Positions 22,693-35,418 of a stretch of DNA of 64,000 nt are shown one piece after another. How positions within the stretch are numbered: position 1 is the stretch's first letter; every line of letters begins with the position of its first letter. The notes below the pieces were generated by a model. It had not been told where the DNA came from. It saw only the letters and a program-made list of their open reading frames with translations, and searched no databases. The stretch covers positions 30,566,001-30,630,000 of the forward strand of contig OX638152.1 of NCBI GenBank assembly GCA_951804945.1, written 5' to 3'. A program made the translations under genes and the position numbers. The stretch is from Podarcis cretensis. Taxonomy: Eukaryota.

Positions 22693-25600
22693 CCACTCTA
22701 GTACATCAAAGCTTCTGGCCCCAGGTTAGTAAGTTAACACAGGTGGGTGAGTTTATATAATTCAGAAATACCATTGCAAAGAAACCAAACTCCTACAGCT
22801 AATGGTATATGGTCCACAAATCCATAGAGGGAAGATGTTGACACAAACAACGTACACATCCAGAATCAGGCCTGAGGAAGAAATCCTTCCCCCTTCCTGA
22901 AAATGCAGCACTCCATCGTACCGTGAGCATAAGGAAAATCCATCCAAAGAGGAACAGTATGACATTGTGTGGGACTGCAGGTATCACATTGGCATGCCAT
23001 CTGCCTCCCCCACTGTGGCACAGGCTTCATGCCACAGTGCACTCTGGCTCCCATGAAGCAGTTGCAAAGTCAGTTCCCAAACACCCTGGGGGAACAGTGC
23101 CATATGGTAATGCCTGCAGACACCACTACTGCTCGCAAGACTTCCCACTTGCTTCACATTTCTGGCCGAGTGACTGACACTACCCTCTTTCGAGGCCACT
23201 GTTTTAACAGTAGCCTCCTTTCCACAATTTGCATGGTCTGCTCAAGCACCACTGTTCAAAGGACTCTGGATTTTCCAGGAAATGGAAGAAAAAGGAGATG
23301 TTTCCTTGCTGTGACAAGAGCCTCTCACACTTCCGACTAGAAGTGTGTTAAGGAGACTTGAGTGGAGTTGTACTGACAAAGCTGGAAACTTGAGGCAATG
23401 ATTCCCCCCAGCAAAGCATTCAGCAGAAGGAAAGCACGTGAAACCAGCTTTTCTGTGTACTGTACTGACAGTTGGCCTGGCCTGCTACCTCAACAGACTG
23501 CCATTCAGGAGCCTAATACACTGAAACAGAAAGCAGAAGAATCCCGCTTCTGGCCATGCAATACCGCTGGGCTACATGTCGGAACTCATAAAGAGCTTCT
23601 GGCTTTGCAAGCATTTAGACAGCAGCGCTTGCTTGGTTTCTCTGGGGCCAGGGATTTAACATGCTCGGGAAAAAGAGAAGGAACCAAGGTGGAGTTGAGA
23701 GTGCAAGAAGAGGTGGAATAAGCTGCAATTGGGGTTGAGGGTTCCAAACTTTCCCAAATTGAAGTGCCATCAGCAAGCACTGTTCACAGAGGATGGACTA
23801 CAGAACTGCCTAAGTGGCTTTCCATGCCAAATAACCTAAAAAGGAAACATGATGGGAAAGGGGCCAAATACAATAATGCACCACTGTAGAATTCACTAGA
23901 CATTCAAGCAGAAAGGTTCTATCATGCCATTAGACAAGATGGAAAAATAGGATGACTGTGTTCAGATGAATACCACTTGCTGCATGGTGACTGTTAGGGT
24001 GGAGAGAAGCCTGGCTTGTGGGCTTTCCAAAAAACAATGTTGACAGGAAATACGATGTCAAACTAAACTGATCCAAAAACCCTTGCTCCAAGGTGCCACT
24101 GTTACAGCTAGCTCTTGTCACCTGTACGTTTTATCTGGGGCATTCCTATGCAAATTTGTTCTTGCTGGTAGATAATATTGCACTTTAGTTAAAGGGATGG
24201 GGGTGGGGGGCGTCAGGTAGATCATGGTCCTTTTTCGTGTAAAAACGCCCTGATTATTTCTGCTACCAGTATTTATTTCAGTACCTGGATTAAACCAGAG
24301 CATTTAAAGTGCACTGAAGTCACACCAGACCTCTGTTTGCAAGTCAGAAGGCTATCTCTATGTTATGACTTGTCTCTGGGCAAAACCTAAAAAAATAAAC
24401 AAACAAAACATGTCCTGCACATTGCAGTCTCCCCACTTCCTCTTCCCGCACTTACGCTTACATCACTCAGTTTACGAGATGATGACAGAAATGGTGATTG
24501 CATCTAACATCAAATCCCATTGACCTTTCCATACAGTGTTTGGGGTTTTGCTCTATCCAGCTGCGCTTGGGTGGATGGAGGTCTAAACCATCTTGCTTGT
24601 TGTTTAATTAACTTCTCTGGGAAGCGTAATTTTTTATTTAAAGGAATGTCAGCACCAGAAAGAGGGTGGGGTGGGTTGATAAATTAAATGCTTGATCTCT
24701 GTTTATTTCACGTGGAAAGGCCAAGTATAATGTAAGTAGTGTACATTCCACAGCCCTAAACTGACTGTGCCCCTCTCTCACACAGCTGTCTTTTGCAGGT
24801 TTCATGGCGTAGAATTATAGTACTCTGCAAACTGTGAAAATGCGAGGATGGCAAGGACATAAATTGGGTGCAATATAAAAAATAAATAACATGAGTGACT
24901 CTCAGGAACGCATGATTCACATTCATATTTAATGCAATAAAAACCTCCCTTTTTAAAATTTATCTGGTGCTGCAGCAGAATTTTCACTGGTGCATCACAG
25001 CATCCAGGCATCTTGCCCACAGAATTAAGATCCAGCTTGCTGCATTAGGCACAGGGCTGGGCCTGTTAAAGAGCTGCAGTTTGCGGGAGGAATCTTTCAG
25101 AGGGAATGTGATGAATGTAGTGGTTCCAAAGGCACATATCCAGATCATCTTGCTTTAATATACTTTCATCACCATGCTTTACACATCCTCTGTTTTGGCT
25201 GGTGTGGGTGGGGAGGGTGAGGTACGAGGTGGAGTAAGATTTGGAATGCTGCTGTTTATTTATTTGAAGTATTAATATTCCACCTCTCATCTTTTGCTCC
25301 TGAGACGAATTGCAGCAAAATTTTAAAATCACTGTGTTTGTACATGATTGGGCAAATTATAAGTTCAGATCAATGGGGTTTGATGTATTTCAGTAGCCAT
25401 GGGCAGAATTATCCTAGGGCCAAAATATATGTAACAGTGGTGGTCATGTGTGTTTCCAAGTAACTGTCCCAGTCATGTAGCAAGGGGGCAGGAGGCAACC
25501 TGAAATGCAAATTACCAGGTTATGCACTTGAATGTGAAATGCATAACCCTCCCCACACCCACAGACCACCTCTCCACAGCCTCTTTCAAAGTGTATTCCT

Positions 25601-26585
25601 GTCAGGAAAGGTCAGTTGCAGCATCCATGCTCAGATGAGGAGAGATGCACTTTCAGAAAGAAACTGCTGCTAGATGCACTTCAAATGGGGAAATGTTCTG
25701 TGGTCTTCACCTGTTTAAGACCTTTATGCTGTTAAAATTAGACCCTGCTCCCTTCATTCCATGCAATTGGGGAAGTTCCAAGTCTATACACACAGAAATT
25801 GTGTATGTCTAGTTTATTCTGTTGATGACTAGTTTAGGAATATCTCAGTGATTCACTACATCATCAGACAACTACTGGGATTGCCTGAACAATGTTCCTT
25901 TCCCAGAATAAAACTTTTTGAAATGGGAATAAATCCACCACGGGCTCAACATATGCAGCATTTCAGGGAGGGGGGATGTTCAGGCACTTTTAAAAGAAAA
26001 TCCAGTAAAATAAATATATTGACGTCTTTAAAAGCTTCTTTCCACATCATCACTTTACCCTTTAAGTATGCACCTTATCAGATATACTTTATGTTCCTGT
26101 AGCATCCTACTTATTTTGCTCGCAGAAATGCAGCACTTTAGTGTTTTTTTTTAAAATAAACCTTTTCCATAAAGCAACTGTTTTCATTGATTCATAAACA
26201 CTCTATGCACATTTCCTTTTCCTTTCCTTTCCTTTAGTACAAATAGAGCATCTTCCTGAGCCTTTAGGCACATTTTTTTTTAGGTTTCAAGATCTTTGCT
26301 TTATTCTTCCCTTTTTTCCATTTATTGCCACCCTACCCCCTTTTTTGTCTCTGATAAATAAAAAAACATTTTGGTCATTGTTGAGTGGAATTCCACACAC
26401 CCACACCCAACCAACTATTGGCATTAATTTCTGCAAGTGAATGGCCTTTCTTGTTCAGATTTTTTTAAAAAACCACCCTTCCTCTAAATTATTGCTTATG
26501 GTAGCAGTTAATTACTGGCCTATTTAAGGAATAAATTTTTGGCTGAGAGTTTGCTGTAAAAGGAATGCGGGCATATGCTTTACAG

Positions 26586-26870
26586 CAGTGGTTCACAAAC
26601 CTTTTCTTTTTCATGGACCACTTGAAAATTGCTGACGGTTCTGGTGGGCCAATTAATGATTTTCTTGCCTGTTGGAGCAATATTAATGTGCTGTGCTAGA
26701 AGCTGTATGATTTTTAATTGTCTTTTTATTCCTCCCTTTTATTTGTATTGTGTTTTATTGTGCAGTATTTCACAGTTTGAATTCTGTGAAATTCGGATTG
26801 TAATACAAATATACAAGAAATAAAAGAAGCAATAAAAATGCAATTGAAAATCAATACAATGGATGCCTGT
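26586..26870. mobile_element. hAT-Charlie MITE, partial
   Basis: Starts CAGTGGTTCACAAACCTTTTC...catggaccacttgaaaattgctg, a typical Charlie terminus; the other end is not found. Confidence 0.6.
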
Positions 26871-27175
26871 GGAACAGAAGTGGGGATTTACTTAGGGATT
26901 TGTGGGGTGTGTGATTGGCTGCACAAAGCAAGTCTTCTGTTTAAAGGGGTGGGGAATGGCCAAAACGCCCTGTACTCAAAAGCTTTCCACAGATCCGATC
27001 TCAGTTATATACAAAAACTCCTAAAACCTGTCAGCGTTTCCCCTTCTCCTCCATCTTTTTCCTACCAGACATAATTACAGATTTGCTTCCCCTCCCCACA
27101 ACTTGCAGCTGAGCCTGTGCAGGTTTACTCAGAAGTAATCCCCACAGTGGCAGAGGTGCAGCTTTAGAAGCTTGG

Positions 27176-27303
27176 TCATAGAATCATAGAATTATACAGT
27201 TGGAAGGGATCCCAAGGGTCATCTAGTCTAACCCCCTGCAATGCAGGAATCTCAGCTAAAGCAGCCATGACAGATGACCACCCAACCTCTGCTTAGAAAC
27301 CTC
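27176..27303 (-). mobile_element. CR1 3' end
   Basis: tcatagaatcatagaattatacagttggaagggatccc...ctgcaatgcaggaatctcagc. Confidence 0.93.
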
Positions 27304-28334
27304 ATCACCTTTACTCAAAAGGAAGCCTATGCTCCATGATACTTACTTGTAAGAGAGCATCATGATTCACAGCCTGGAAATCTTTATTAGTTTTACCCTT
27401 CCTTACCTCAAGCATTAAATTGAGGGGAAGGGGAAACAAAACTTGGAGTATATAAGAGGGGAACGATTGCAGCTGCAGTAAAGTAGGAAATGAAAAGCAC
27501 TATTTACCAAGCCCTCACCTGTTTGCAGGAAGGGCCACCACAACTGATGTCAGTTTTGAGGAGAATGCCAGGTGATTACAGAAGCAAGGGCGGGGGAAGA
27601 TACACTGGAAGAGAAATGAGGAATACTGATTGATTCACTAGCTGTGAAGAAGGGAGGATGGACAATGAAGTTGGTATGTGATTGGTTGGCATCTCAGGAG
27701 ACAGTGAAAGAGTGCACCTCTGGGGGTGAAGTAAAACAGTTGTAGAGTTATAGCCGATAAGCTGGTATATAAAATGTTATAAATGAATAAAACAAAATGA
27801 AACTTGTGACTACTGATGCTCTGCGGTTTAGATGTTTTAAAACAACAGTTTTAAAATAAACTATAAAAACTAACAAAACAAAACCAGGAAATAGTAGATG
27901 ATATAAGTGATGTATCCTCAGCAGTCTATCTAAATGTGGCACTGCCACATTTTCCCTGGCCTCTCACTATTGCTTTTATTCAGGAATTCTGCTACTACTG
28001 TTTAGGCTGATTTCAAGCCATCAGTACTGTGTGAGGAGGAGGTCATAGAGGGAGCATTTGCTTAACGATGGAAAAGTCCTGCTATAGAGAGACAGTGGGT
28101 TGTATCCAACGTTAGTTCTACTCAGAGTAGACCTATGGAAATTAGAGGAGATGGGAGCCACGGGTCCCACACTAAACTCCTTGGAAGATAAAGGGGTATA
28201 AATGAAACAAAAGCAATCAAATTTATATTATTAATTGTGATTACTGAACATTTTGGCCAGTGATTTTCCAGATAAAATATAATTACTTCGATGTCCAGCA
28301 AATGTTTATACTGACTAAAAAGAGATTTTGGGAA

Positions 28335-28490
28335 GGACCATAGCTTCACTTTAAATCACAAACTTTGTATGCAGGAGATCCCAGATGCAATCCCTGGCAT
28401 CTCCAGCTGAAAGAATGAGCCAGTCATATTGTAACAGCGAAAGTTGGGCTGGGTGGACAAATATTCTGGCCCTGTGTAACACAGCTACCC
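28335..28490 (+). mobile_element. tRNA-Ala-derived SINE, degraded
   Basis: ctttgtatgcaggagatcccagatgcaatccctggcatctccag matches the tRNA-like head of the 30765 family. Confidence 0.65.
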
Positions 28491-28917
28491 ACGTTCGCCA
28501 ACAGGCTCTTCTCTCAGCATTAAGTAATGTTACAAAAATCTATGCAGCATTCTGCAGCTACCATAATCCTGCACATGCCCACCTCTACTCATCGTATCCA
28601 TTGCTGGGAATGAGCAGGAGCAGCATGACTATGCTGTTGGCAGTTGTGGCTAATTACATCTGCAAGTGGGTCTGGGACACTTGGAAGTTTTTAGCTGTAG
28701 AAGTCCTTATTGCAATGCAGCTTTTATGAATCTTTTAGATAGGTTTTTATAGATATATACAGTTTTCTTGTGTAAGTGCTTTTGTATCTTTTTATGGCTG
28801 CAGCAGTGTTGTGAGAGTAAATCATATTAAACTTGCTTTCGAGTAAACATGCATAGGGTTGCAACTGTATGTTGGTTTGGGCTACTTGCCTAAGCTCTCT
28901 AGGTAAAAACAATGGTG

Positions 28918-29052
28918 ATTCCTGCAGCACCGTTAAAAAACTTAACACATTTATGGCACGAGCTTTTGTGGGACAAAGCACAATTTGTCAGATGCATGCT
29001 AAAATGGGATCTGCCCCACAAAAGCTTATACTACCATAATTGGTTAGTCTTT
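28918..29052. mobile_element. Penelope-like inverted terminal remnant
   Basis: Inverted pair gagcttttgtgg / ccacaaaagctt followed by ataattggttagtcttt, resembling Penelope termini. Confidence 0.5.
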
Positions 29053-29661
29053 GTACTTTTTTCAGTTTATCTGAAATTGGATCTCATACCAAATTTTAGA
29101 GAGCATTCTTTAAATGTTCTTCAGTGCAGTGGCTCATTCCATTCTACAACTCATCTTCTGCCCTCATTCCTCTCCGAAACAATATCTTCAGAGCCTCTGC
29201 AGGCTCCCTTGGTGTAGTGAGGCATTGCCGCCTCTTTGCTCTGTGACCCGTTCACCAAAGCATAGTAGTGCATTGTGATAGATTTATGCAAATCACCCTG
29301 TAATTTATTCTCGTGTGGTCTGAACTAGAAATGCCTTGTCTAGTAAAGTTGATTTTAAAAGTGCAGCTTTAGCCTTGCAAAGTCTTAAATAACTCAGCTC
29401 AGTCACACAGAAATAGTGACGCTGAAAAACTGATGCCTTAATTAGGGGTTGCAAGGGGTCAAAGCAAGAAGGGACCATTTTATTTCTAAACGGTCAATTC
29501 TGTAGATTACAAAAATAAAGAAGAAAATGGGAAATCTCCGGTGCAGGAGTATAAATGGTTATGGCTAATTTGAAATATTTTCTCATGGTCCTCTGATGCA
29601 TATCAGAAAGTTACCTCCTAGAGCTCTGATAATAAACAAGGTTGACTTACAAGTCAATATT

Positions 29662-29735
29662 TAGAATCAGAGAATTGTAGAGCTGGAAAGAATCCCGAGG
29701 GTCATCTAGTCATATGCCCTGCAATGCAGGAATCC
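29662..29735 (-). mobile_element. CR1 3' end
   Basis: tagaatcagagaattgtagagctggaaagaatcccgagggtcatctagtc...ctgcaatgcaggaatc. Confidence 0.85.
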
Positions 29736-30764
29736 TGCCCACAGCCATTTCCAGGTAGAGCTGGGAATGTCTTCTCTCATTCCCTGGCAAATTGTTTCCA
29801 GTCAGCACAGACAATGCTGAGTTAGCACTTTCCTGACTTGCTATAAAGCAGCATCCTGTGTTCCTGGACATTTTGCTGGACAGTGAAGAGGTAAGTTACT
29901 GTCCATTGCACAGGAACAAGAAATGGGAGTGCACTTCAAGCATGTCACCATATGTCCGTCTTGGGGTAAAGCTCCTGGGAAGGTTTGAGCCAACCAATAC
30001 TGTACAGTAAGATTGCATCTTATGAGCATTTAACTTGTGTGGATACAACCATAAGTGGGTGAAGGCCGCTGGTTGATACCCTATCCCACAAGTTAAATGC
30101 AAGCAAAGCTTCTCTGCTTTGCTTGGCAGGACAAGGCCCTCTTGGCATGCTGGCTCTGGAAGCCCTGGGATGCGCACAAAAGCGGTTCCAAGAGTTTTAG
30201 TAATAAAATTTTTGTGTCTATGTGGAACCCTTGGAACCAAATAAGATGTGATCGTCCTATCCAGTCTTCTCACTGCTAAGAGGCCCAATCGTACACTTAT
30301 TAGCTAACCTGCTGTGTTGCTGCCACTTCTGTAAACTGTACCGTTATGTTTATTTGTATCCTTTTATTTTAAAAATTAAGAAAAAATAATTTAGAAGAAG
30401 TAATAGTGTTGTTGTTTTTCTTTCCTGTTCATTTAGTAGTCCTTAACTTCCTCCCTCGCTTCTTCACTTTCATTGCTTGTTTTCCTTTTTCTGCATTTTG
30501 GCAACATATTTTTTTTACCAAGTGTGTTATTTCTCCACTCAGATAATCTCCACAAGCTCTTTCCCACCTGTGGTGTTTCCAAGTACGGATTTACCCTGGC
30601 ACTCATGCATTAAGAACCTCCGAGAAGGAAGTGGCTTGGGGAGCAATTAGGAGAAAAGATGTAGTGGGGTGAGAAGAAGTTAATCACTCTCTCTCCAGTT
30701 TCCTTTCTCTGTGCTACACTGACCCCTTTAATTGCAAAGAGGGGCACATGTATGTTGGTGCACA

Positions 30765-30945
30765 GGGTCATAGCTCATGGGTAAAACATTTGTTTTGCAT
30801 GCAGAAGGTCCCAGGTTCAATCCCCAGCATTTCCAGGTAAAACTTAGGAAAGACCTCAGTCTGAAACTGTCCAGAGCCGCTGCCCGTCAATGTACACAAT
30901 ACTAAGCTAGGTGGACCAGTGGTCTGACTTAGCATAAGGCAGCAG
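30765..30945 (+). mobile_element. tRNA-Ala-derived SINE (Squam2-like)
   Basis: Head with A-box (tagctcatgg) and B-box (ggttcaatccc), with ttgcatgcagaaggtcccagg resembling tRNA-Ala(TGC); tail ctaggtggaccagtggtctgacttagcataaggcagc. Confidence 0.85.
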
Positions 30946-32196
30946 ATCTGGTAGCTCCCATCAAATCTCCAGAGACAGAGAGAGAGAGCGACTCTTAGCA
31001 CTCCAATTGGCTTTAGTTCAGAATTCTCCCTCTGCTTCTGTCTCTTTGCTACAAGAAAAATTATTTTGCTGCTCCACAAAGACATATATACTCCCACCCC
31101 ATTTTCAAGACACTGGTGGCTTTTCCATTCCAAACATTCCAGAGAGATCTCTGCATCAAAACAACATATTCTAACCATTAACTCCTATAAAGAGATACTA
31201 ACATTCTTTTGTAAAATCCAGGATTGTAGTCAGACTTTGCTTCAGGGCATACGCACCAAAGTAATCAGCCAGCCATCTCACAGCCCTATATTTGTACACA
31301 CAAACACCCGCACGCCCACCACTTTCCCCTCACTTCATTCCTTCTTCATTGGCATAGCCTTATTCTTTCAACTTGTCCTTCATGCCTCCCCTTCTGCGGT
31401 ACCTGTTTTATGCAACTGTGTCTGTTCTGTGTATAAATAACCCAACAAAATGCGGCTCTCGTGTGCTACTTGCTTCCCCACCTGTTGCAGAGTTTTATGA
31501 GGTCTGTCACTGATTATTCTTGATGGGGAAAGAGTTCCTTCAGCAGTTGGTTCTCAGACAGAGTTAAGCTTTGGAGTCTTGAGATGTTCCTCTTTTAAAG
31601 ATATGACAAGTTTGGTGCCTCCATCCTCAGTCTCACAGGGATACAGTTACAAAAGTGGAGGATATGTCTATTCTGAGGAGCAGTGTTGGATTACTCTCTC
31701 CTACTTAGCCCACATCTTTCGCATTTCAAAGACGCTTTGACTCTGGCAATAGTAAAGGTGGGGATCCATGTCAGACTAGCATGCATGAGCTGGCGAGTTC
31801 TCTGAGCAGTACAAATGGAAAAAAATGACCCAAGAGCATTTGATAGTCATTTGTCTTCAGTCAATGTGAAGATCATTTCAAGTAGAGAGAACAGGTGGGA
31901 TAACTGGTCTCACTCCTTCAGCAAACTGCTTTTTGAGATTTTCAGGATCCCGCTATTTTAGTTTATTTGGTATGATTGATTCCTTGTTTGCAATTCCTTG
32001 TTTGCAATTCAGTGCAACAGAGAAGGTAGGGAAAGTTAATGGAGTCCATCACTCCCCACCCTGGTTCTCATTTGCTACAGTCAGATCCTGCCTAGAGAAC
32101 AAGCCTTTCTGCAACTACAGCTACTTGACTTTCTCATTCTGCTGTAGATGAAAAGCCTTGGGATCACGTCATACAGTACTTTTTAAATGTTCCCCT

Positions 32197-32547
32197 CAGG
32201 GCTGTCTTAAGCTTATCTGGTGCTGTGGTGCAAAGCTCCCTCCGCCCCCCCCCCCCCCCCAATTTCCCAGAGGTTTTTAGGGAGGACGGTGCTGCCGGCA
32301 GGGCTGGAGGAGATGGGCAGCGGCTGGAGGACAGCTCCAGTGGAGAAGAGGCAGAGGCTGGCCGTGGCGCCTCCTGGCTCAGCTGGCCACTTTGTGCTGT
32401 GGTGGCCACAGCATGGCGGAGGTGGGCGAGGGCAGAAAGCTGATGGCAGGAGGTGTCGTGTCCAGCCTCCGCCTCTTCCCTGGCACCCTTCAAAACTTAG
32501 CACCCTGGCACCCCGCGCCACTAGTCTCTATGGGTAAGACGCCCCTG
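32197..32547. mobile_element. GC-rich hAT MITE
   Basis: Imperfect TIR CAGGGCTGTCTTA / TAAGACGCCCCTG; perfect 8-bp TSD GTTCCCCT (32189-32196 and 32548-32555). Confidence 0.92.
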
Positions 32548-34091
32548 GTTCCCCTATCACAACCTTCAAATCACCACCACCATTACCATCATGCAAAATA
32601 AGCAAAGCTTATTACAAAAGCACATGTTATTTTCCTGCTTAAAAAAGAAAGGAAACCAAGAATGTTAGCAAAGAAACATAACACATGAATGGGTCAAAGG
32701 AGGCCCATGGTAGAGGTATTCTCCCTCATTTCCCTGCAGAGTGACTGGCTACTGATAGAGCCTGATGCGAGAGGAGGCGGGCTACTGGGTGGCAATTGGC
32801 TCAGATAGGCTGATGGAATGAGTCTTGAATGCCCTCTCCTTCTGTGAAGCTGCAGAGTGGTTAGAGGCTGATGGAATCAAAGAAGAAAGGGAAATAGAAT
32901 TAAAGTCTGAAACAGGCATACCAGGAAGAATGTTGAAGAGACAACCAGGCAACACTGTTGTTAATGGATGTAGTTTTAAAATGTTGGCAGATTAAATGGT
33001 TTTTGAAACAAGCAAACAAAACACTTTTCCATAAAGCTTAGGAATGTCAAACATATGCTGGCTTTGCTAAGCAGGGAGTTCTAGAGGATGAATTATTTTT
33101 GCAAAGGTAACTCTCATCCTTGCACAGGCTGATGATATACCTGTAAGGCAAACAAATGAGGGCACAGGAAGTGGCTAGTGCAGATCAGACAGAACTGATG
33201 TTGAGCAATCTCACAGTCTTGGAGCCTCTTCAAAAGCAGACCTGTGTAGATCAGCCTACAACAGTCAAGCTTGGGGAAGGGGGGTAGAAAAACATGCTGA
33301 CTGTTATAGGGCTCAGTCACTGATCAACGTTGCCATCATATTCTGTCTTTCCAGGAAAAGCTACAATTACTGAATGCAAGTTGGAAAGGTGATAAAATGC
33401 AGACTTGGCTTTTGCCATATCTTATGTGTTTAGAAATAGGGTAGTGTCAAGCACAGTTACTGGGCTGCGAACTTTATTGACTGCTGCAGGGCAGACTCCA
33501 TCAATAGATGTCTGCTCAACTGCAGTAACCACCAATTCTGCGTTGTGGGTTTCAGTTTCAGCCTGTTAACTCTCATCATCCATCCTCACTGTGTCTCCCA
33601 AGCACTGCTTAAGAACCAAAGCAGCTGCTCCTGGATCTGATGTTACTAGGGAGGGTGGGAGAGAGAGCTGGCTGTCATCGGAATATTTGTAACACCATAC
33701 TCCTAAATTATTACACATTCAGATGATGTTCTGATCTCTTGAAAGCAGCCAGAGTGTTCCCATTTTCTTTCTTTAGGCCAGGGGTTTCACAAATTATTGA
33801 CTGCTATAGCATTAAGCTTCTACTGGAATCACCATTAAAATTCCCTACAAATATAGAACAATCATATTGTTTAGACTCCAAATGCCCAAAGCCGGCAATT
33901 TCCTCCCTTGCCTATGCGTGGGTGTTTACACATGATATGATAGGTAAAAGTTATTGTAGTCACTTAGCAACCAAAATTAGTTTCCTTTAAAGCCAAACTG
34001 TTGGGGGTTTTTTGGTTAATTGTTTTTAGTGCCTTATCTGCTCATCAGTGAATTAAGAGCATTCAGGGCTATGAGGCAAAACACTATATTA

Positions 34092-34449
34092 AAAAAAGAA
34101 GATGTAAAGGACCCCTGACAGTTAAGTCCAGTCATGAACGACTCTGGGGTTGCGGCGCTCATCTCAGTTTACTGGCCAAGGGAGCCGACGTTTTTCCGGG
34201 TCATGTGGCCAGCATGACTAAGCTGCTTCTGGCGAAACCAGAGCAGTGCACGGAAATGCCGTTTACCTTTCTGCCGGAGCGGTACCTATTTATCTACTTG
34301 CACTTTGAAGTGCTTTCAAACCGCTAGGTTGGCAGGAGCTAGGACTGAGCAATGGGAGCTCACCCCGTCGCGGGGATTTGAACTGCTGACCTTCCAATCG
34401 GGAAGCCCTGGGCTCAGTGTTTTAGATCACAGCGCCACCCGCATCACAT
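34092..34449 (-). mobile_element. Sauria SINE (Squam1), full length, lacertid-type
   Basis: gtaaaggacccctgac...gactctggggttgcggcgctcatctc...ggtacctatttatctacttgcac...cacagcgccacccg; 14-bp TSD AAAACACTATATTA (34078-34091 and 34450-34463). Confidence 0.96.
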
Positions 34450-34463
34450 AAAACACTATATTA

Positions 34464-35113
34464 TTTATTAAATAAGCATACTGCCCTTCATCCACCCTTC
34501 ATCTGAAGATCACAGGGTGGTTCATAACATAGAAATACAAAATCCAGTAAATCTCCTCCCACAAACACATTTAAAAGGCCATAGAATGTTAATTCATCAA
34601 AGGCCTGGTTATAGAGAGACATTTTTGCTTGGCTCCCTGGGAATAGCATTCCACAAGCGGGGAGCCACTACAGTAGAGGCTCATTCTTGTGTTACCATCC
34701 TCCAGACCTCTTGTGAGGAGACACACAATGAAAAGCCTCAGATTATGGTTGCATGATCTGAGTTGCTTCATATGGGGAGAAGCAGTCCTTGAGGTATTGT
34801 GGTTCTGAGCTGTTTAAGGCTTTATAGATCAAATCCACCAATTTCAATTGGGCCCAGAAGTGAATTAGCAGCCAGTGCAGTTAGGCCAGGATCAATGTAA
34901 TATGTTCAAACTGTTTTGCCCCAGTTGCTATCTGGCTGCCGACTTCTGCACCAACTGAAGTTTCCAAACCGTCTTCAGAGGCAGCCCTACATATAAGATG
35001 TTGCAGTAATCTAACCTAGAAGTTACCAGATCATAGACAACAGTAGTTAGCCTATCCCTGTCCAGATAGGGGTACAGCTGGGCCACCAGCCAAAGCTGAT
35101 GGAAGGCACTCCA
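34464..35113 (-). mobile_element. L2 LINE 3' fragment
   Basis: ORF 34928-35173 contains AFHQLWLVAQLYPYLDRDRLTTVVYDLVTSRLDYCNILYVGLPLKTVWKLQLVQKSAAR, the typical L2 ORF2 C-terminal region. Confidence 0.95.
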
Positions 35114-35392
35114 CACCATGAATTGTACAGGCATTTTGGCTCCTTGTTCACAGCTTTTCTCAGCTAGGGACATGTTAGTAATCCTGATCGAAAATCAAAG
35201 AGTATTGTGGTACCTTGGAAATTGGTTTAATATGGCATGAACATCTGCAAGCAGAAATCAATATTTTCAAATGCATAAGAATGGATTCAGTTGGAACTTC
35301 AGTGCTGTACCTTAACTTTATATGTGGGATGAATATATGTTGGTGCATGGAGGGTTGTGTCTCATCTCAAAGCTTCTGTCTTATCTCAAATT

Positions 35393-35418
35393 AACAACAA
35401 CAACAACAACAACAACAA
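35393..35418. repeat. (AAC)n microsatellite
   Basis: Direct tandem repeat. Confidence 0.9.

Larger units (their letters stand above)
22150..24100 (+). mobile_element. Decayed DIRS-like (tyrosine recombinase) retrotransposon RT-RNase H region, interrupted by CR1
   Basis: Frameshifted motifs in DIRS order: VDIRDA (22193, ~LDLKDAY), TSKLLAP (~22702, ~FTKVLAP), KKSFPLP (~22878), PQCTLAPMKQLQ (~PHARLHMRPLQ), LTVAS...WSAQ (~TTDAS..WGAH), TVQ/GLW..QE, FLAVTRA (~ELLAV.RAL), CTDK (~TDN). Right boundary uncertain. Confidence 0.6.

Noticed and set aside
30765-30836. tRNA-Ala-like gene
   Set aside because: The cloverleaf is degenerate and is followed by a SINE body; several decayed copies occur in the window.
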